In this document: positions 56,301 through 64,000 of the stretch, piece after piece
Layout of the letters: every line of letters begins with the position of its first letter
Position numbering within the stretch: the first letter of the stretch is position 1
Assembly: GCA_024704765.1 (NCBI GenBank)
Contig: JAKMXF010000088.1
Span: 620,001 to 684,000 of the forward strand
Reading direction: 5' to 3'
Length of the DNA stretch: 64,000 bases
Source: Oopsacas minuta
Taxonomy: Eukaryota > Animalia > Porifera
Program-made: the position numbers and the translations under genes
Notes under the pieces: model-generated
What the model saw: only the letters and a program-made list of their open reading frames with translations
Told to the model about the DNA's origin: nothing
Database searches by the model: none

Positions 56301-58165
56301 CACTTCTAATTTTGAATTCAAACTGCTCTCACTCTTGTTGTATCTTTGAATTCGAGCTTTTTGTGAATTTAATAATTATCCTAACCACGAATTATAATTC
56401 AATTCTAATTAACAGCTGTTTATGGACATATCAATGGAGTGTTGTAATTCAGCCAATAAAATTCAAGGGTTTTTATCCATTAAGAAGTGGTAAATGGTGA
56501 AATCTTATTGGTTACTTCCATTGGTGGATATAATGTATAGATGCGATAGGCTAGAATTCTATCCAATCAGATTCATTCTTAGGAAATGAAATAATTGTCT
56601 AAAAATATGATTAATAATATACGAAAAATGGTTTTTGAATAAGAAAATCTAATTAAGAGAGACACAAAATCATCAAATCAGGATTAATTACTTCCGGGAA
56701 ACTTTCAAAAATACAGTAGACTCTGCTTAATATGGTCACATCGGTGCCAGAGGCCAGTTTGACCCAACTAAGTGGAATAAAGGTGTTTACACGATAACCG
56801 TTTGATCCGATTACATACTTGTCTCCTATTGTAACTGTAAGAGGAGTAAACTGTAATATATTTACGTCAATCATGTTTGTATGTCTAAGAAATATTCTTA
56901 ATCCAATAAATTATCCAGGCGGGACGTTCAATTGTAAATTAACTTACAAAGTGTAACAGAATTTGTACCAGTAGATATTATGTCACCTCTAATGAGACGA
57001 CTCTATTGATCAGTAATCACGAGTGATGATATCTAAACTTGTGATTACACAAGGTGGAATTATCGTTAAAAGGTGAAAGTTGATTGGTTGAAATTGATAG
57101 TAGAATTATGAAAGAGGATAATCTCCCGACAAATTATCGTGGTTACCATAAATGTGAATTGGAATTCATTAAATATTCAAACGTAAATGAAACACAGACG
57201 AGTCTACCTACGAATCTGATTGGCTAATAATTGTTGTGTCTTTACGTTGTAATTAGAAACAAATCTGATTGGCTAAAGTGTTTTCATAAAGGAATACAGT
57301 AGAACTCGGATAAGACGTACTCGGCTTAAGACGTATACTCGGTTAAGACGTACACTCGGTTAAGACGTACACTCGGTTAAGACGTACACTCGGTTAAGAC
57401 GTACACTCGGTTAAGACGTATACTCGGTTAAGACGTATACTCGGCTTAAGACGTACTCGGCTTAAGACGTACACTCGGTTAAGACGTACACTCGGTTAAG
57501 ACGTACACTCGGTTAAGACGTACTATTTCTTATATCCCAAAATATCAGTCATCATTATTTGTAATGCAAACATATTCGGATAAGACGTACACTCGGTTAA
57601 GACGTACTAATTTCTGTTTCCCGAGGGGGTACGTCTTATCCGAGTTCTACTGTATATTAATTTTTAGAAGTTAAGCAATTCTGTAAAATTGATGGAGAAT
57701 GCCACTTAAAGGACACAAAATGTGTCGCATTTATGATGCCACTTCAGACAAGCATTAGAAATGAGAATCATTGAAATTGGCAAAAATGTAGCACTCAATA
57801 TTCAAACTCTAATTGCTAAACTACAAAGAGACTTACGCAGCTTTTAACACCTAGATTCGGTAGTAAAATATCCACGACCCAAAATCATATACCCCGCCAA
57901 AGCGCGCCTAAAATGCTCACAAAATCAGCCAATGTCATGTCTGTCTTGCTACAGTGTAACCTCCACAAACGAGTAAGGATTTTTCGGCTTTAAAATTGGT
58001 CGTAGCTAACAAACAAACAAACAAACAAACAAACAAATAAACAACTCACTTCTGATGATAATCATATGCTATTCCCTTCCAATAAATTACTGCCTCCTCT
58101 TTGCTTTCAAATGTTACATTCTTTTCAAACAAATCAACAAATTCCTTGTCCATTATTTCTGACAT
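53392..58165 (-). CDS. NDEL1: NudE-family dynein regulator (NDE1/NDEL1), multi-exon
   Basis: Exon 58050-58165 (FESKEEAVIYWKGIA); exon 55388-55541 (YNEFRMFSEQLELELEISL); exon near 53910-54140 (PLPEGNRLQALSILGDILRKVG); about 53695-53785 (SVESRLASCK); last exon with stop at 53392-53394. Middle exons are only partly resolved. Confidence 0.85.
53485..53605. promoter_or_regulatory. Cluster of E2F-like GC motifs in the last NDEL1 intron, upstream of EDRF1
   Basis: TTTCCCGCCTAAA twice, CCCGCTTAAA, CCCGCGCCTAAA, CCCGCATAAA and TTTCTGGCGCG within about 120 bp of otherwise AT-rich DNA. Confidence 0.4.
55198..55330. repeat. Degenerate ~60-bp tandem duplication in an NDEL1 intron
   Basis: GCCACTGTGCCACTT(C/A)AGACACATA...GACACAATTTA occurs twice. 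Confidence 0.65.
57297..57652. mobile_element. Tc1/mariner-type MITE family C with an internal 17-bp tandem array
   Basis: TA-CAGTAGAACTCGGATAAGACGTAC...GTACGTCTTATCCGAGTTCTACTG-TA. There are 13 tandem AAGACGTACACTCGGTT-type units plus 2 more. A degenerate relative lies at about 2531-2685. Confidence 0.9.
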
Positions 58166-58450
58166 TAAAATTCTATTTTACTAATTGGAACTAAAGAAAT
58201 ATCATGTGTGTATATATAGTCCCAAGTGGTGTAAAGGGGGCACAATGGATACGTAATACCTTGGTAACGAGATTGCTGTATGGAATGTTATCTAATCTAT
58301 GGGGTGGTTAACTTAGCAACGAAAACTATGTACGGTTTCTTGTAATTGTGTATATTGCATATTCAGCAAATATTTGAGACAATAATCTCTTGAATATGAA
58401 CAAATATGTTTATGGTGCTATGAGACGTGTTACCCCGTGTCCTTATCTCT

Positions 58451-58602
58451 CCGGTCCGGACTGAAGGAGACGATTTGATTAGAAACTATACCACAGGTAT
58501 GGGGTAGGGATTCATACACCTTACTTATGGATTTGACACCTCTGAACACGCCCTTGGGGTGAGGTTATTGAAGAGTGTCAAATCCTCTTGTCCGGACTGG
58601 GA
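58451..58602 (+). repeat. Dispersed structured repeat (GTCCGGACTG ends, GGATTTGACAC/GTGTCAAATCC stem)
   Basis: Best copy. Related copies lie at about 1505-1605 (reverse), 6312-6370, 14915-15016, 35898-35935, 38330-38453 and 55617-55735 (reverse). Confidence 0.8.
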
Positions 58603-59726
58603 GGTGTGAAACCAATTGATAGACATACTCACTCGCAAATCAGGCCAAATTCCAATGAGTTAATTTGGTTGGTAACTACTACTTGTATGGAGAAATAATT
58701 TTCCAATTATATGAAACTAAATATTATCTTAGATAATGTTACACATCATTTATTATCCAATGTGACACAATTATAAGGTTTGAGTGACCCGCTGCCACAA
58801 ACTCAAAAGTAGCAGGTGACCTGTCAACATTCCCACTATATCAATTACTATGGTAGTGTTCCCCATCCTGGGTCCCTATGGGCCAATTGACCCCAAGAGA
58901 ATCGAGAACACTGCCTTATGAAATACACAGTAGATATTATTATAATTGTCACATTGGATCTGCCAATGTTTGTGAATAATTTTGGGTAAATTTAGAATAT
59001 AATTGTTTGACCATCTAGTAATTACCAACCGGATACTGTAATTGGCCTATTTTGTGAGGATACGAATCCCAGCTCTTATTCCCTCGATTAGTAGCCCCAT
59101 GAATGATCCCTCCCTCACTGAGAGGTGTAAATATCTTACCCAATGGGTGTGAACATATCTACACCCCTTGGTGATATTTGAGGTAATATTACTGTGTATT
59201 CCAGATATAGTAAGAATTCTAAAAATGATAAACTCTTTTTGGGTAATAGGTAATAGGCTTTCATAAGATAACTCAGATTTCTATTGGCTAACTACTATGC
59301 CTATAGGTGAATCAGTAAATGAAAGTCATGTGTAATGGTAATAATGAGCTAATTCAATTATCTATTGTGTAAAAGTTCGGGGATTTACATACATGTTATT
59401 TACATATGTGATAATACCCTGGAAATTTAGAAGCATATTTTCGGGATTTTCTAGAGGGTAAGGTTTGGGATGTTAGATAATTTTAGCTATGAAAACTCCT
59501 GCGTAATTTAAATGAAATAATCTCCATTAGCATGCTCCAAAATGTCCTCCGCTACTCATGAGGGGGTCACATTTTGGGCGCCACGTGACCCCCTCCTCAC
59601 CCAATGGACCATAATCCAAAAGTAAATAAACATAACTTATTTGTGTTTATTATTGTGAATGTGATAAACATATAGAATGAATTAAAATTTTACGAATAAA
59701 AATTTAATTAAAATCACAAAAACAAT

Positions 59727-62529
59727 TCAAACTTGAATAGTTTTAATTTCCGAAAAAGGTCCATGACAACCTGAATGGTCAATGGAACGCACTACAAATG
59801 AATAACACTTCCCATTACCGATCCTCTGGAGGGTGCAGGCCATATGGGGGCATATGGCCTGGACCATACCAATGACTTTCCACTCGCCGATTGGGGGAGT
59901 TTGGATTTTTTCTGTATTTTGATGTACTTTTAGTTCATAGTTGGCAACAAGGCTAATGTTCTGTTCCTTAGTCAATAACCATGATATATTGACACTATTA
60001 TTAGGGTTTAGTTCCACTTTAATTTGTGGGATTGGAAGTGACATATTGAGTCTCACTGGAGGGGTGAAAAGTTTTTGTACCACTAGGGTTGATTTTTCAC
60101 TTTTTTTTTGTTCAATAATATTGTTTGTGTCGGTTAAGTCGATTGGCGAATTTGTCTGTTTTTTAGTAATTTCGGTCTGATTTTGAGGTGTTGTTGGTTT
60201 CAGCAATTTGGGGCTAGTTTTAAAATGTGGCGCAGCCGTCCTAGCACGGGCAATTGTCCCATTTTGTCCTGGAGATGCTCTGACTTGAACCGGACTCTGT
60301 ATAACTTGATTATTGACAGAGCCTCGGGTAGGAGTGTGTCTAAGGTTCAGGTGAAAATTCGGTGGTGTTGTGTTGAAACTATTTTGATTTGGATGGAACC
60401 TCATTCTTGGTATAGTTCCAGCACGAGGTGGAACATAATTGTCAATTGGACCCACACCTTGTTGGTAGATATATGGCGACACTATACTATGTCTAAACAC
60501 AGGACTAGGTGTGTGAGAAATGTGGTCTTTGATAGGTGTTTTGGGTGAGGGGACTGATCGTAACTATAAAGAGAACAAAACATTCAATTTACGGAACGGT
60601 TTCTCAAACTTTTATGAGCAATGGAACGTGACCAAATATGTCTACCCAGTCACGTTTGGTCAAATTGGTCATGGAGCTTCAACTTGACCAAATCACACAT
60701 AAATCTCTGTCACCACAAGTTGAGAAATCCAAATTTTACGGAATTATGCATAATTCATATATTGACCAATCAAAAGCCTGCCTCATAATTAGGCGCCAAA
60801 TTACTTTTTCGTTGTAGCTGTGGTTGGGTTGCCTAATAGATGAAATTTGATTGGTTGATTCAGGTTTCGGTTTGCGGGGGATTCTGCCTGTTCTAAGTGG
60901 TCTGCTTGGTTCTGGAAGTGGTGAGCCAAATGAAGGTGTCGGGATGGAATTAGCCGACACTTTTTGGTGGCACAATCCATTGTTTGGCTTGTCAATCACG
61001 CATTCCTTTGAGGCATAAATAATTGTAAAATACAGAATTTTTTCTATTCGTAACTTGGGGTGTATCTAGGTGTCTAAGTGGCAACTAGTGTCATTTCAAC
61101 AGCCATGAAGGACACAAAGTGTCGACAGAGGGACTCAAATTAGTACAGGAACAATAGGTTACCGTCCAAAGAGTGCCAGACCAGGAATACCTAAATACAC
61201 CCCGGGTTATCTGTCACTTGCCTGTTCAACATAAAAATGTATTTTCTCTAAATGTGTAATGAATTGTTCTGGACCATCCATGGTGTGATTGCATTTGGGG
61301 CATTCCTATAACATGATTCACATTTTAACACCTTCAAGTAGATCGTATTTCACAATCTGGTGATCATATTTACATTTTTCCAAAGACAAATCGCAACCAT
61401 AAACTCCAATTATGGAATTTATGGGTGAGAAATAAATTTGGAGAAATGACGCCAAGTTGGCTCTCGAATATTAAGACCAGAGAATATTAAGACTTTGATC
61501 CAACTTTTCTCGGAATTATAATATTCTGAACCCAATTATGTGTCATTTTACGAAAATGACACCTCCATGGCAATAAAATGCGACACATTAGAAGGTGTTA
61601 TGTTCCTATGGGTACATTTGTCAGTTGTAGTTACATACAATTTTGACTGAGGTTGGTACATATGAGGATTTGAATTTGAGGTTTTCAGTTTCCTTTCTGA
61701 GGAGTTTGTTCTCTCTGTCCAGTTTAGTGAGACGTTTCTGGACCTGATCCAAGCTCAAATTGAGACCTTCCATCTGTGGGATCATATTTCTGGAGATGAT
61801 ATCGTCTATACTGTCATATTTCCCGCCTATAATGTACTATTTTAGGAACTGGTCTCGGAATTCAGTTCACATTTGACTAAAATTGATGGAATTTGTTCTA
61901 AAGTGGCCAAAATGATTGTAAATGAGGGAAACTACGACGATTCACTCGTCTTTATGCAATAATTTCCTCGGATTTGACGTTATTCCCTCGATTCCACACC
62001 AAAATATAGCAAAAAATAGAAATAATTCCCGGATATTTCCAAAATTTCCCCTGGAAAAGATATGTAATCCCGGGAAGGTGGCAGGCAAGGTTGCCAATTA
62101 TGCTATTTCCAAATTTGAAATATAGATTCGCCACTTCTATTTGTGACCAATAGTAAATTGGATTCTTCGGTAAACAAATCGCTCGTTGAAGGACCTAATC
62201 CTGTTATTTGCCGTAAAGTATTCTATGAAAATATTGTAAATCAATTCACTCACCTTGAATTACGGCCTCAATGCCAGAATCCAAGCGCCTACAAAAATCA
62301 GAAAAAAATGAAAAAATGCGAAAACCAAAAATTCTCACTCACAAACCTTTTTTTGCCTGTAGCAGTAGATTTGGACATAAAAATTTGTAAACAAAATTCG
62401 AAAAATCAATCCACGTAAACAATAATAAACAGTATTTCCTCCCTGGTTACTAATTAATTCTTTCAAAATCCTTATCGATGTGGTTGCTTTAGAATTCAAT
62501 TTTATTTTCTCCACAGTCTGACATTGTCC
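59727..62529 (-). CDS. ATF7IP: ATF7IP/MCAF1/Windei homolog (coiled coil + C-terminal fibronectin-III-like domain); 5' end uncertain
   Basis: Exons 59727-60563, 60805-61005 and 61639-61826 join in phase. The C-terminus VNISW...ANYEL...EWKVIGMVQA...MACTL...YSFVVRSID..G.HGPFS matches the ATF7IP FN3 domain. The coiled coil is SLDQVQKRLTKLDRENKLLRKE. Exon 62451-62529 is tentative. Confidence 0.82.
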
Positions 62530-62661
62530 CTATTATTAGGCCTATTTTAGAGAATTTTAGCGGCTGCATTTCATTCACGCATCATTTGTAATTAAACACC
62601 CATAAATGTGAGAATTCCATTGCTCAATCAATAACACTATGCATATTTGTTATACACCCAC

Positions 62662-62718
62662 GTTGCCTAGCAACCATGGAATGTAGTCGTGTATGGTATC
62701 GATTACGCATGACGTCAT
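62662..62718 (+). promoter_or_regulatory. X-box and CRE in the divergent ATF7IP/GOLGA7 intergenic region
   Basis: GTTGCCTAGCAAC at 62662-62674 and the palindrome ATGACGTCAT at 62709-62718. Confidence 0.55.
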
Positions 62719-63326
62719 CATGTGACACATTTCTAAAGCTTCATAATCACGTTTTATGTTTTCATCAGTTTACAAATATTTAATTTGCATAATTAAATTA
62801 TCTACCAAATAAGCTTTCGAAAACAAATCTTAAAATAGAATTTCTAAATTTAGAAATGGTATAATCATATTTATGATGTAATATGATGGTATCTATACTA
62901 AAGTCAAATTCCTTTGTACCAGACACGTTACTATGTTGTGTAAATACTTGTATGGTATTAGAAGAAACTGGATAATTATATCGTTTTCTCTCAATGGGAT
63001 ATTTGACTTTTATAGAGGGAAAGGCTCTCAGTCTGTGAAATATCGATTTGTGATAATCTCACTTTTCTCAGGGCCTCAATTCATATGATCTAGTCAGGAG
63101 TGAGTTGAGTGGCGTGTGTTCCAGGGTGCTGGTGGGTAACTAAATGAGCCAACTTTCAGACAGGGGCGGTCACAGGATATAATTGGGCCTAATAAGGGGT
63201 AGATGGGATCTTGGGGCTACAAATTAGGTGTTAGATTCATAAGTAGAGTTACTCTTGAAAACCAAAAAATCTATTTTTCAGTTATTCAAAGTTTACTTTT
63301 TAGCTAAGGATTAGTTCCATAAGTAA

Positions 63327-63719
63327 ATGGCTACATTCAACATAGTTCCAGAACATAACAAGGTATTCCTATCACGTGATTACACTAATGGTACTGCCTG
63401 CAGGTTCAATATGGAACTACCAACGGAACTAAGAAATAACGTGTCTGAATCTCAATTCAAAGATACCGTCAAGCATATAAACGATATTTTTGCGGAGGCT
63501 GAACGATTGAGTTGTCGGTCTTATATGGAGGGCTGTTTAGGGTGTCTCACTGCGTACACAATTTTCTTATGTGTCCGTACACATTATGAGAAATGTGTCG
63601 ACAGGGTGGCACTTTATATTGTGCAGCAAAATAAAGATGTTTACGAGCCACTAGGTGTGAAGATTTGTGACCCGATGGAACGCGGTTTGAGGTGTATTGA
63701 GATACAGTATTGTATCTGA
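63327..63719 (+). CDS. GOLGA7: Golgin A7 / GCP16 (Ras palmitoyltransferase subunit), intronless
   Basis: KVFLSRDYTNGTACRF...IFAEAERL...YMEGCLGCLTAYTIFLC..THYEK...DPMERGLRCIEI. Confidence 0.93.
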   Translation: MATFNIVPEHNKVFLSRDYTNGTACRFNMELPTELRNNVSESQFKDTVKHINDIFAEAERLSCRSYMEGCLGCLTAYTIFLCVRTHYEKCVDRVALYIVQQNKDVYEPLGVKICDPMERGLRCIEIQYCI

Positions 63720-63762
63720 TTGTATTTATTTTTCTAATTTATCTCTTTTAAATAATACTCAC

Positions 63763-63930
63763 TCATATTACATATTTGAGGGATTCATGGTAACTAGGCT
63801 GTTGCCATCTTATAAACAAATAGATGCAGTCCTTGCTAGAACTCTGACATGAACTGACCTGGTCATTTAGTTTTGCCATTAACACAGTATGAACTCCAAA
63901 ATTGTGGCATAAACCACGTGGGCACAAATC
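63763..63930 (-). CDS. Possible terminal exon of an unidentified gene entering from the right edge
   Basis: A ttttgtAG acceptor at 63931-63932 is followed by 55 open codons (DLCPRGLCHNFG...) to a TGA. The frame and identity are uncertain. Confidence 0.3.
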   Translation of the reverse strand, partial: DLCPRGLCHNFGVHTVLMAKLNDQVSSCQSSSKDCIYLFIRWQQPSYHESLKYVI

Positions 63931-64000
63931 CTACAAAACTGGGTTTTAGCTCAATATTAATCGTAAAATCATAGGTCTTATTATGACATCAACTGGGACG

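Noticed and set aside
57306-57525. CRISPR-like repeat array
   Set aside because: The units are directly adjacent with no unique spacers, there are no cas genes, and the array sits between MITE TIRs in a eukaryotic intron.
58500-58590. HDV-like ribozyme fold in the dispersed repeat
   Set aside because: The P1/P3/P1.1 order and catalytic J4/2 could not be satisfied; only nested hairpins are supported.
61819-61827. E2F site TTTCCCGCC
   Set aside because: It coincides with the first codons and acceptor of an ATF7IP exon and is explained by coding sequence.

Overview
This is AT-rich eukaryotic (animal) DNA from a compact, intron-containing genome. The style resembles a glass sponge such as Oopsacas, but that is inference only. 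Nine consecutive host genes lie on the minus strand: ATF7IP, NDEL1/NDE1, EDRF1, AF9/ENL, SETDB1, NEDD4, macroH2A, a motor-less myosin-TH1 protein, and HERC1 (which runs off the left edge). GOLGA7 is on the plus strand at the right end. Five intronless genes are nested in introns: FRS2-like, an NrtR-like Nudix fold and a coiled-coil/NHL copy in HERC1, and WDR60 plus a second coiled-coil/NHL copy in SETDB1. Introns carry many MITEs and microsatellites. I recognised no rRNA, tRNA or CRISPR array. The strongest leads are: (1) two recently duplicated NHL beta-propeller genes with an almost identical promoter and N-terminus but clustered amino-acid replacements at predicted ligand-face loops, suggesting a diversifying recognition repertoire; (2) an operon-like co-oriented gene run with splice acceptors just upstream of most start codons, possibly reflecting trans-splicing; (3) strong over-representation of a few short motifs (AGGTGTGAA, GGAACTA) even inside coding sequence; (4) physical clustering of SETDB1 with its partner ATF7IP, macroH2A and AF9; (5) a bacterial-looking Nudix ORF. 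Gene names come from my recall of the vertebrate proteins, not from database searches. Exon boundaries and counts were done by eye.
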